NCBI GenBank assembly: GCA_050273025.1
Contig: CP158635.1
Coordinates: 12,214,001-12,278,000 of the forward strand
DNA: 64,000 nt
Source of the DNA: Cenococcum geophilum
Taxonomy: Eukaryota
Reading direction: 5' to 3'
Within the stretch, counting starts at the first letter, position 1. Every line of letters begins with the position of its first letter. The position numbers were made by a program, and so were the translations under genes. The notes beneath the pieces were generated by a model. The model saw only the letters and a program-made list of their open reading frames with translations. It was not told where the DNA came from and ran no database searches. This document shows positions 52,141-64,000 of the stretch, in pieces.

Positions 52141-53588
52141 TATAACTATTAGGAATATAGGTAAGTTACTATTACATAAGGCAAGTTGCCGTCATATAAG
52201 GTAAGTTGCCGTTACGTATCGCCGCGGCACTAGCGTGGCGAGGAGGCTTAAGCTCCTCGCCCTTCCTTAAGGAAGAAGGAAAAATAAAATAACAACCATT
52301 ATACTATCTGCAACCTATAGATACGTAATATTACCTTATAAAACTAACACTAATTAGTAGTTAACTTTACTGTTATACTATAGAACAGCTAGGTATTCCA
52401 CTAAGAAGAGATAAGCTACTATACTAGTGCTACTTATGTTTGAGGAAGCTATCTTTTAAGGTTAGAACTGGTCCTAAACCTTAAATAGAACTTTTCCACA
52501 AATCTAAGGATCTAAAAGGCTAGAGCTGGTCCTAAGCCTCTCCCAGATTATAGATTCTTGCGTCTATTACGTAGAATAATACGCTTTATAAGTCTTTACA
52601 ATTTAAGGCTAGAACTAGTCCTAAGCCTAATAATTATAGATTCTTGTTACGAACGCGTACTAAATAACAATCCCTATACTAATAATACTTCCCTTTCTCC
52701 GAAAATATGGCTACTCTAAATAACTAAAAAGACTTCTTACTACTAGGGGTAGCTATATACGCGAAACTTATTAATAAAAATTAGGACAAATTTACTATTA
52801 ATATAATAACTTATACCATAAAATAAGTTAACGGCTTTCTCCTATACTATATTCTATTCTACTAAGATAGCTACTACGCCGATTTATAGCTATGGGAATA
52901 TTTTAGGGAGGATTTTATAAAATAGACCGCTGATACCTAGGCACTTAGAAATATTAATATTGTTTAGGATTTTTAAGACTTCCTCTGTAAGAATAGGGTA
53001 TATATTACTAAAAACGGTAACCTAATTACTAGTAATATTTAGGCTGTTATTATTAGTATAGAAGAACCAGTATAGACAAAAGCTAAGATTATACATTAAC
53101 TACGGAAACCTAAAACTAACCTATATTCTTTAAAAGGCAACTTTAATTTAAAATAAAACCCCTAGAACGCTACTCTCTTACCTAAAGGTACTCTCTTACC
53201 TAGAGGTGCTCTCCTACCTAAAAGTGCCCTTCCTCCGCCTTCTCCACCGCCTCTAACTCCTCCATTCTAACTAACCGGTAAGCCTCTACTATAAGAAGTT
53301 ACGAATCTAATAAAGGTATATTTAGATAAAGAGAAGAAGTTTAAAGGAGAACTGTATAATATACTTAGAGTAAAACTATAGGTCTTTTATAACTGTTATA
53401 ATAAGGTTAGAATTTAATGCCACTAGTACTATTACGCTTTCTCTATTATATTAAAAGGATAGGTGGTAATATTCTATTATAACTAAATTATAGGTAAAAA
53501 CTATAGCTTTAATATAATGCTTTAGCTTACTAGAGCTTACTTTAAGACTAATAAAAATTGCTAACTTTATATATCTAAATGGCGGGAG
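52141..53588 (+). mobile_element. 5' portion of Ty1/copia-like element G, inserted in the 5' LTR of F
   Basis: F LTR homology stops at 52140. Putative LTR about 52141-52400, then GATAAGCTACTATACT. Gag motifs LWEYFREDF and KVYLDKEKKFKGELYNIL...AFSIILKG...FYYN. No pol is visible, so the copia call rests on gag resemblance. Confidence 0.7.
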
Positions 53589-53909
53589 TGTTACGGAGTG
53601 AGTATAAGCGACGATAATATATAGCAAGGTAGATATTATTAAGCTATATACATAAACTGTGTAAGGAGGTTAAGACGTTGCGTAAGGAAAGAAGGTAGGA
53701 AAACGGGAAGAAAGGGCATATATTATTAACTTAGTTACTTAGTTAATACGTGCATAGGTAAAATAGGGTTTAGGTTATAGTCCTGGCAGAACTTAGCAGA
53801 ATTTAGTAGAACTTAGCAGAATATAGTAGAATGCTGTAGATTGCCGTTAGATTAATATTTCGCGGTTAGTCTCTAATTACTAAGTTGGTAGAAATAGGTA
53901 GACGTGTAT

Positions 53910-54158
53910 TGTCACGGGACTTACACGCTCTCACGTCCCTGCGCGTTTTGACGTTCTTGACCCGTGCTCACGTTCGTCCCGAGACAGCTACGCACGTTCC
54001 CCTACAACCCCTATTTATACCCGACCTGGCACATAAAGAATCTTCTTCTTTATCCAAATGTCTTTGTATTAACCACGCATAGTTACGCGTACGTAGCCTT
54101 CTTCAATTACTACCCTGTTTAGTATATTGTATTCCAGCTCGTGCCTACTTCCGTAATA
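53910..54158 (+). repeat. Solo LTR nested in the 3' LTR of H, related to the TRIM LTR
   Basis: TGTCACGGGA...TTCCGTAATA; perfect TSD TGTAT; shares CACGTTCGTCCCG..CTACGCACGT..ACCCCTAT with the reverse complement of 22242-22440. Confidence 0.9.
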
Positions 54159-55619
54159 TGTATAAGGTGTTATGGGGGTATCCCATAATAGTACCCCCCC
54201 TTTAAACTCGAGCTTCTATAAGATGGGGCTGTAGTAGTTCTAGGTAGAGTTTATAAAAGTCTTCTACGGCTTATATAAGTCCTATAGAGTTAACGGGTTC
54301 CTATAAGGACTTAGTAAAGCCTCTCTATTTTATAAGATATATATATTAGCGTTTCCGTTTATTATACTTAATATTATTAATTCTTTTAATAAAGTACTTA
54401 TTCTTACCATCTACTTTAATTAATAGGGAAGGGTCTTATATCTATTTAGGCAGGGCGTTTAATAGAGGGGTAGTAGGGCGGAGGACTAACGTATAGAATA
54501 TGGGGTGGATTTTAACCGTATTAGGGAGCTTTAGTTAGTAGGTATAAGGAGAAATAACCTTTTTAACCTTATAAGGGCCAGCGTTCTTCTAATTAAGTTT
54601 CTTAATAGGTTGTTTTATATTTAGATTTCTTATATCTAGCCAGACAAAATTACTAATTTATTAGGCCGGTGCTGGGGTTTATTTCTTATTCGCTACGGCT
54701 TTATAGATAGATTAAGCCCATATTATCTCATTAGTAAGAAACTATTATAGTTCCTCTATCTTCTCTACGAATTTATTTATTTTTGCAACTTATAAGGTAT
54801 AATAAGCGGGGTAAGGAACATTACTAAAGGGTTTAAACCCCATTTATAGGTGCTAGCCGTAATTGGCTAAGAATAGGGAGACTTTTGTAGTTTCCAAGAT
54901 AGAATTATTTATAGTAAACTCGGCGAATATAAGCCAGTTAATCTAGTTATTCTATAAATACGACGTATATATCCAAATATACTATTCTATTATAGCATTT
55001 ATGTATTCCGTTTAGCTATCCGTTTCTGGGTAATATATAGTAGATAATAGTGCTTTAATACGGAGTTAAGTAGTTAGTTTTTTCTAGAATGCTAAGTTAA
55101 ACTAGCTGCCTTTATCAGAGATAATCGTTTTAGGGAGTCCGTGGAGTTTCTATACGTAATCTAGAAATAGTTAGGCGATAGTAGGCGTTAACATATTAGG
55201 GCAGGCGATTAAGTGTCTTATTTTAGATAGTTGGTTTATAACTACTATAATATTTATATAGCCTCTACTCTTAGGAAGGTTAATAATAAAGTCGATTAAG
55301 ATATCCTTTTATCTTCGGTTTAAAACAGGTAGTAGCTTTAAAAGACCGTTATACGTCTTATACGGGGCTTTAGCTCGTTAGTAGGTGTGGCAGCTAGAGA
55401 CGTACCTTTATATTATATTATATTATATATATTCGGCTAATAATACTCCCGTTAGAGTAGTTCTAGGATTTTTTCTTGGTTTAGGTAGCCGGCGACAGGT
55501 AGATCATATACGTATTTAAGGAGTTTAAGCTTAAGCTTATTATAATTAGGGATAACTAGGCGGTTTTAGTAATATAAGCGATTTCTATAGGCTTTGTATT
55601 TATTTAAAGAATTTTTTTT

Positions 55620-56031
55620 TCAATCCATTGTATTATACTACGTACAATTCTGCGCATGCAGCCTCTAGGCTATAGCGCTATAGTCCTATATACATGAATC
55701 CTTTTTAGGTAGCTTAATATATACTAGTAACTATGTCCTAATAGTTTATAAGCCTCTACGCTAGAGGTTTACCGCTCCCTAGTAAGATACTAGGTTACTA
55801 TTAACTATTAGGTAGTATAAAAACAGTAGAAAATCAGTAAAAATAAGAAATCCTAACGCCTGTCCCTGTCCCTTTTTTTATATTTTATTTCTGTCCTTTT
55901 GCTTACTATTATCTGTTTGCTAGAATTCTAGTAAGAGTTCCCTTCTTCTAAAGATCCTACTGCTTTTAGCCACTTTCCAGTAGCTATCCTTGTCTTATTT
56001 AGAAATAGAAAAAGTACCTCTTTTCCTTTCT
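55620..56031 (-). mobile_element. 5'-truncated LINE (ORF2 C-terminus plus 3' UTR) inserted in H pol
   Basis: Absent from the homologous F site (about 37915). Flanked by a GAATTTTTTTT duplication (55609-55619 / 56032-56042). The minus strand starts KGKEVLFLFLNKTRIATGKW and ends in an A-run. Confidence 0.75.
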
Positions 56032-59000
56032 GAATTTTTTTTAGAGCGTCTAATGCCATCTTATATTAGCTTAAGCGTCTTTTAAATAAACTTATTATTT
56101 AGGTATTTGTTAACTATAATCTATTTAATTAATTAATTAGTTATTTTAAGGACGTATACCATAAGATCTTTAGTAGGAGGGTTAAATAGTTTAGGGCGAA
56201 GTAGGGTCTAATTTTGGTAAGAGCGCGCTTCTTCTAGGGCTAGCGCGTCTTGCGAGCGTTAGGTTAGGGTATTAGGCTTTTAGCCTTAGACGCCTAGGCA
56301 GTATATAATTAAGAATTAGAAACAAAATAGATATTTTAACTAGCGGGCCTAATAATAACTTAGCTGTTTTATGGTTATAAAGTACTATAGGTTCTTATAG
56401 TCGCTAAAGACCTTAATTGGAAATCCAGCGCCTTTTAGTTTAGGTCGCTATTATTTAAAATATCTAATAATAGCTAACAATTCCTTATCGTAGATCTCGT
56501 AGTTGCATTTAGCTAGGCTTAGTTGTTTTAAGAAGTATGCTATAGGGTATAATACTCTATCCTAATTAAATTAAGATAAGATACCTCTAGTAACGTAGTT
56601 AAATAAGTTAGCTTTTATAACACTTATTTAGTTTAGGTTAAAGTGTTAAAGTATAGGCGTAGTAGTAAATATAACCTTTAGATAGGCAAAGGCCTTCTTA
56701 TATTCCTTATTAAAGACAAAGACTTTATCCTTTTAGGTTAGAGCTATAAGGGGTAAAACTAGGGCGGAGAAGTTATTAATAAACCGTTAATAGAAATTAG
56801 CAAATCCTATAAAAGCTCTTACGTCCTTAATATTCTTAGGTTCTTGCTAGTTTATAATTACTTTAACTTTTTTTAGGTCTATTTATATACCGTTTATAAA
56901 AATAAGGAGTCTAAGGTATAGGACTTCTATTTTATAGAACTTGTATTTATTTATATCTAATTATAGACTAGCTCCATATAGGGCTTATAAGACAAAGTTA
57001 ACGTATTTCCAATATTCGGTTAGGTTATTACTATATATTAGAATGTCATTAATATAAGCAGTATAGAAGATATCTAGGTAGGGGCGCAGAGTATTATTTA
57101 TAAAATATTAAAACAAGCTCAGAGTGTTTATAAGGCTAAAGGGTATTACAAAGTACTTAAATAGTCCATATTAGGTATAAAATGCAGTAAGCTATTTATC
57201 CCCTTTTATAATATAGAGACGGTTAAATACAGAGATAATATTAAGCTTTGTATAGTAACAAGCCTTACTTAGTCGGTTTAGCGTCTCTTATATTAATAGA
57301 ATCGGATATTAGTTCTTAACGGTAACAGTATTAAGAGCTTAGTAGTCTATATAGAAGCGTAGACCGCCGCTAGGTTTCTTAATAAAGATCACTAATACGG
57401 CTATAGGCAATAAGCTTGCTCTAATAAATCCTTTACTTAGGTTCTTATCTAAATACTTTTATAGCACTTAGAGTTTATTTTAGGACATCCTATATAAGGG
57501 TCTAAATCTAGGCCACTTTCCTTCTTTAAGTATAATCTTATAGTTATATAGTTGGTATTTTAGTAGCTTATTAGCTTCCTTTTATAAGAATACATCTAGG
57601 CGATAATAATACTCTATTAGTACCTTTATGGTAGGGTTAGTGTGCTTCTTTAGTGCTAAGGCCTTCTTAATATCGGCTATCGTAATAGCAAAGATTATAT
57701 ACTCGGGTTTCTTAGCAAGTTGCGCTAGCGGGGTAGCTCCAATTATGCGGATATCTAAGGTGCCGAGCTCGCTTAGATTGTCCATAGTTTCTTATTTAGG
57801 TTTAGGTTCGGTATTAGGTACGAAGTTAATATTAGATTTAGGTTCGGGTTCTTTAAGAATTCTTTTTATAGTGGAATACTAGTCCTTCTAATATTTTCGT
57901 ATATAGAGCTTAAGCTTTTACTTAGCTCGGGGCGGTGCAGTACTTAGTAATAACTTATAGAATTTAGTGGAGTTTTCGGATCCTTAGTGGATATCAATGG
58001 AATTCTTAGGCGTAGAGTAGGCATTAGTAGAAATCTTACGTCGGTGAAATTTAGTGGAATTCCTAGGTTAGTGGGATTTAGTAGATTCCTTAGGTATGGG
58101 GTAGATAGTTATAGAAATTTTAGACTAGTAAATTCTGGTGGATTTTTTAGATTTTAGTCCTAGGTCTAAGCAACAAGTTATAAGGCACTTCTGCTTATAA
58201 TAGGAGGCGGTAAATAGAAGCTTAAGGTTATTTTAATTAATAGTTACCTTATATAGCTTTATCTAGGGTTATTTAAGGATTACTAAGTAACCCAGGGTGG
58301 TAACGAAAGGTTTAATTAATTCTTTATGGTTTAGGTATTAGAGTTTTAGAAATACTACGTAAGTAATACGGCCTAAGACGGTGCGTTTACTATTAAATCT
58401 AAATACGTTAATATGCTAGTTAAGGGGGGTTAGGATAAAACTATTATCTTACGCAAAAATCTTATTAATAAATCCTATGCCGCTAGCTCCTATTTTAATT
58501 AGGATTTAAGCATTAGCCTATTAACCATTTTACCGAAGATAGCAGTTAATAGTTATACTATGGTCCTAAGAGTTAGAGTTTATAACGTTAAATATATTTA
58601 ACGAGATCCTATAGTAGAGCTATCCTAGAGAGCAACTTAGCTCTAGAACCTTCCTTTTAGAGGTAATTTAGGTAGGGTTCTTATAGGACGTCGGCTGTAG
58701 CTTTATCCTTATAAATGGTACTTACTAAATATAGGGCTAAAACTAGGTAGAGATTAGGGACGGTAACCAGAAGATCAATGCGGTAAACGGCTGCTAGTAT
58801 TAGCCGTTTATAATTTATATTTAAGTATAGGGACGGAGTAGTAGTTAGAGAGGTAAGAGTTACTTTTATATTTAAAGCAGAGGCCTAGCTTAATACATTA
58901 TTCTTATTTAGAGGACCCTAGTAGGGCGTACCTTAGGGTTTTAGTATTAATATCTATAGCGTCGGGGTGCTTAGGCTAAGATAATAACTTAGTAGACGTT

Positions 59001-59442
59001 TACGGGGTTACTATATTATATTAAGGAGCAGGCTTCGGTATTAGGCGTAGTATATTATTATATTATTTATTAATAACGTTTAAGCAGGCATTAAGGGCTC
59101 CTAGTAGGTCTACGCCTATTAGGGAGGTTTTTAGTTTAGAGCTTAGGGATTTAATAAGGCTATTAATTAGCGCGGAGTCGTTCTAGCCTATTTCCTTTAC
59201 GTAATAGTTAAATTTAGAGAAGTATACTAGGAAACTTTTCGTTCCTTAAGTTATATAGTTTATCTTTCTTTAAGTAGTAGCTTAGCGGTTTAGGTCACTA
59301 TATATAGCTTTAAGAAGTACAACTAGGCTTTACACTAAGTTTAGCTAAAGTAGTTTAATAAGGTTAGCTGCATCTCCTTTTAGTCAACTTAGGGCGTAAC
59401 AGAGTTAGTTAGCTTTAGTTAGGTAACAGTTAGCGTTATTAG

Positions 59443-62400
59443 TGTCACGGCACTGACCTATCTCATACTGTTTCCTACTGTTAGCTAGCCCACCACTAGC
59501 GCCTTAGCGGCCGGCCCTACTATTTATATACGATATCCCTTTTCGCCTCATCTCCTCTTTATACCACAACGTAGTTATTTAGTCTACTTTATTGCAGCAC
59601 TATGATAGTTTGTGATATCTCCTCTTACGCCCCGTTACGATCTTTATTTTTCTTTTTTTAGCCTACTATCTCCGTTTTCCCAGTGCAATCGCGACCCGGC
59701 GCGACTAATAATACTATATTATAGTCCCAGATAACCTTAGTATTGTCCTAGATAAATTTAACAATCTTAGTATTATAGTTAGCCTTATAAATTTTAATTG
59801 CCTCACCTAGATCCCTTAGAATGGGTGACTATAATATAGATAATACCTCGTTAACGAACACCCGCGAAGCGCTCGCTTACTTCTTTAATACCTCCCACAC
59901 TAATATTACCTAGGCAATTAGGAATGGTTCTAAGTATCCTAAGGACCTTAATGCGGCAGGAACCTTCTAGCACCTCTTTACGTATATAACCTTCTTAACT
60001 AGCGTTAAGAGCGGCCTCTAGACCGTCTACAATAAAGGCTAAACTACAAAGTCCTAACTTAAAGAAGCTTAGTATAGAATTAACTCTCTTAAGACACTTA
60101 AACTATATATAAAACAATATAAACAGCAAGCTTTAATATATACTAAGACTATATAAAACCTAAGCTCTTAGATTACTATACTTACCTAAACTATTACTAA
60201 TAAGAATACTGCTACTGGCCACCTTCCTCTAATTAAGCCCTAAAGAAAAAAGCATAAAGCAAAAAATCTAGCCCCGTTTAATGGCAAGGGACTACTAATT
60301 AAAAAGTAAGAAAATTTTAAAATATAGAAAATAAAGATCTAGGGCGTTTTCCGAAGAGATATAAAGTGCTTTAAAACCTTAATGGACGAAGTCCTCTATA
60401 TATTAGACATGCTAATAAATAAGGCTTATAACTATATTAAATATGGCCTTAATATGCTACGTATATACCTAAACAACTTAAGTAAATGGACCTTTTCTAA
60501 CCAAGAGTCTATGTTTACGTATATAAGAAGACACTATAAGACCATGGATATAACCCAAGCGGCTAAAAATAAGTTGGATACCTTAAGCTAGGGTGAGCGT
60601 AATTACTAGTCCTAGAAAGCAGAGCTTAATAAGTTAATAATTAAAGCAAACAAGACTAAGGAATAAAAAGTGGATTTGCTTAAGAAGAATATTTCCTTTA
60701 AGATAAAGGACCTGGCCCTTACCCTTAGCCGTAAGATTAGCGATAATAACTATAAAGGCTAGAGTGAGTAGATAGATATATTCGCTTATAACCTACAAAA
60801 CTATGCCTACTATACTAAGCTAAATACCGCTAAGCTAAGTGCCGCTGGCGGTTATTAACCTATATTATTATAGAATAACCTAATAAACCTAGACGCTGTT
60901 AAGTTCAGTAGCGGTAGTAGTGGTCTCCCTAATAATGTTTAAAGATATTATATAGATAATAGACTCTATATAGCGTGTGGCTAACCTAGCTACTAAAAAG
61001 ATGCTTATAACCCCTAGAAGAACCTAAATTCCCTTCTAATACTACCACACTAACCCCCTCCTAGCCGCGGCGGATTTTTTAGCAGAGGGGATAGTAATTA
61101 AGGCAGTAACCGCGGATAAGGACGTGGGTTTAGATATAGAGACCTACCCCTACGATTTCCTTTCCTAATATAGCCCTAGCCGATGGTCCCGTATACAAAC
61201 TACGGATAAGTACTTTATACTACTACCAATCGTAAAACCGGCTATATTATTAGAGAAGTACCGCTTAGTATATATACACCGTTAGAGACCAATATGTTAG
61301 GATATACTAGCTAAGACTATAGCTACTAGCCAAGCCCTATAATCTAGTTATTAAAAGGCTAACCCTTAGACTAAGTTACCTTTAAGGGTTAGAACTATAC
61401 GGGGAGGAGGATAAAAGGATTAGATTTATATTACTAGATTAGTTAGACCTTATTTTAAGCCAGCTACTACTTAACCTTAAAACAGTAAATAATAATAGAA
61501 ATGCTATCCTTATTTAGACCTACCTCTCCTTACCGCGCAACCTACTCCTAGAAGTTTTTATTAAAACAATAAGCCTTATTAATAGTAGTAGTATAGCACT
61601 AGCGTTTATAGACGAAGACTCGCTTATAAAAAGGTATAATGTTATAATAAAAAGACTCCTAGTTTTAAAACCACTCCGCCTTATTAACGGACTCCTATTT
61701 AGCTTTATTACCTATTACTTTACAGTAAAAATAATAATTGGCCACTATATAGAATCTATGCTTTTCTATATTATAAAGTTATTACCCTTAATACTAGTAA
61801 TTCTTAGAATGCCCTAGCTTAAAAGTATAACCTAAAAATAGACTTCTCTATTCTAGAGCTTAAGTTTAACTCTAATTACTATACCTATAACTGTCTCCTA
61901 TAGTATATCCCTAACTGTAACTAAGTAGTACTATACGGACGTATTGCATAGCTAACGCTTAGATACCGTTAGCTAATAGTAAAAGAGGTACCTAATACTA
62001 GTGAGCTAGTATATGTAGTAAACGAAGCGGAGATTCTGGAAGACTGGACTACTGCCCTACCCCTAAGAATAAAAACACCGTTAGAACTATAAGTCCCCTA
62101 TATACACCCGCTTAACCTAAGCCAGCTAATAAGATACCTAACTCTAAGTTATTTGCTATACGTATACGCGACCGCACGTATAATAGCTAAAGGCGTTATA
62201 TCTAAGACCAAAACCAGAGCAATTAAGACCTCCCCCTTGTAACGCCTAACCTTATACCCGTCTCCCGCGCGTACTATATAGGGCCGCCGCCTTATTTCCG
62301 CCTCCCTAAGCTAACTAAGCTGCGCTAGCCTAGCTATAGCATTAGAGAACTAGACACGCCCTAACCTAGATAATATTAGATGCACTTATGCCGTTAATTT

Positions 62401-64000
62401 TACCTAGTTCTATAAATAAAAAGATATAAAGGTGATAAGGATCTATATAGCGGAGCTAGTAGAACTAGTTAAATAAGAAGAGCATTAATAGCTGCTTAAA
62501 GAGCTGCCTATAGGCCTAATAGAAGTACCAAACCTGTTAAAAAGGTCTTTTTGCTGGCTAGTGGAAGGCAACTATATAATGGAGGAAGCCCGTAAAGTAC
62601 TACCCCCTTATTTCTATAACTTCCTTAAGACAAACCTAAAAACTAAGTCTAAGTTTTTATGCCAAAAAATAGTTAATACTAATATTGAGAAATTCCTAAA
62701 AGGTAAACTAGGATTAACCCGTAAAGATATTTTATAACGCTTACTAAAAGAGTTCCGCGAATATATTAAACACTTCTTCCCTAAGAATGTAGATAAGCTG
62801 CCCCCTTACCAACTATGGGACTATAAAATTAAGATTATACCTAGAAAGTAAGCCCCGTATTATAAAAACAGACCACTTTTACCCGCTAAACTTAATTATA
62901 TAAAAAAGTAGATTAATAAGATGCTAGACAAGGGTTTTATTTATAAATTAATGTTTCTAGTTGCCGTATTACTTTTCCTTACTATAAAACCTGGCGGCGG
63001 TATATAAATTTACTATAACTACTAAGGCCTAAATATAGTTACTATTAAGAATTGGTACCCATTACTATTAATCCGCGAGATACTTAACGCACTCTATGGT
63101 GCTAAGTACTTTACTAAGCTTAACGTAATTACTGCGTTTAACCGGATTTAGATTGCGGAAGGCTATAAGTAGCTTATAGTATTTATTACCCGGTTTAGGC
63201 TTTATAAAACATTAGTTATACTATTTAGTCTCTATAACGCACCCGCTATATTCTAAAACTATATTAACTATATTTTACACAACGCCCTTAACGACTACTG
63301 TACTGCGTATCTTAATAATATCCTTATCTTTTTAAAAACACGCACCGAGCATATAAAATATATAAATAAAATTATTTAGAGACTTAGTAATACTGGACTC
63401 TAGATTAACATTAATAAGTTTAAGTTTTATGCCACTAAAACAAAATACCTTAGCTTAATTATCTTAACTAATAGCATGACTATAGACCCTAAGAAGGTGT
63501 AGGCCTTATAGGAATAAAAGGACCCAATATTAGTTAAGGAATTATAGCAATTTCTTAGCTTCACGAACTTCTACTAATAATTTATCTAAGGCTTTTCTAA
63601 GGTAGTTGAGCCTATAACTAGGCTATTAAAGAAAAGCACTGGCTGGTTATAGGGCCTTAATTAAATACAGGCGTTCCAGACCCTAAAAATAGCGTTTACT
63701 ATAGCACCAGTTTTGGTATACTACGACTATATAAAGAAGACTGTAGTAGAGATAGACGCCTTAAACTAGGCTTTAGAAGGAGTGCTCTACTAAGCTAGTA
63801 AAGATAGCAAACTTAAGCTAGTTATATTCTTCTCTGCTAAATACTTCGCCCCTAAATATAACTATAAGATATATAATAAGGAACTCATAGCAATTATAAA
63901 AGTACTAGAAAAATAATGCCCTAAACTATAAGGAACTAAGTAACCGTTTAAGATTATTATAGACTATAAGAACTTCTAAACTTTTATAATAATGAAATAA
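59443..64000 (+). mobile_element. Ty3/gypsy element I (family 4), inserted in the H gag, running off the window end
   Basis: 5' LTR about 59443-59607; gag ATG at 59821, in frame with track ORF 60382-60591; knuckle-like motif at about 60965-61010; protease LINSSSIALAFID at about 61575; RT AYLNNILIF at 63304; RNase H EIDALN and NYKIYNKELIAII at about 63750-63900. Confidence 0.9.

Larger units (their letters stand above)
53589..59442 (-). mobile_element. Ty3/gypsy chromovirus H (family 3, like F), inserted in the G gag; 5' end displaced by element I
   Basis: 3' LTR 53589-54190 homologous to 36124-36502; PPT from 54191; colinear with F; RT AYINDILIY at about 57030-57059; the track ORF 57582-57785 is a pol remnant. 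Confidence 0.92.

Noticed and set aside
53885..54082. 65-aa ORF
   Set aside because: It crosses the junction of the H LTR and a nested solo LTR.
57628..57882. 84-aa plus-strand ORF
   Set aside because: It is antisense to the H pol remnant.
1..64000. Telomeric arrays, rRNA or tRNA genes
   Set aside because: Only scattered single TTAGGG/CCCTAA hexamers; I saw no tandem array or RNA-gene signature.

Overview
This window is heterochromatin-like DNA from a filamentous ascomycete with active repeat-induced point mutation (RIP). I found no intact host gene, RNA gene or CRISPR array. Almost all 64 kb consists of nested, RIP-inactivated transposons whose ends and target-site duplications (TSDs) can be read directly. 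Left block: the 5' part of a DIRS/Ngaro-like tyrosine-recombinase retroelement; chromoviral Ty3/gypsy A (1562-17360, -) with same-family copy B inserted in the opposite orientation (5365-13275, +); a gag-only LTR element; a TRIM-like element; a Fot1/pogo MITE; solo LTRs. Right block: a five-level nest (copia D > gypsy F > copia G > gypsy H > gypsy I) that also holds gypsy E, gypsy C, a 5'-truncated LINE and solo LTRs. Most unusual items: (i) a probably spliced antisense Zn2Cys6-like/coiled-coil gene in all three full family-1 gypsy copies; (ii) a 2.25 kb TIR element built almost entirely from minisatellite arrays; (iii) two apparent non-autonomous/helper retroelement pairs sharing 3' cis motifs; (iv) Tf1-type self-priming signals in six LTR families, including a compensatory base change. 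Protein calls come from manual translation that allows for RIP (C>T, G>A). No database search was run.
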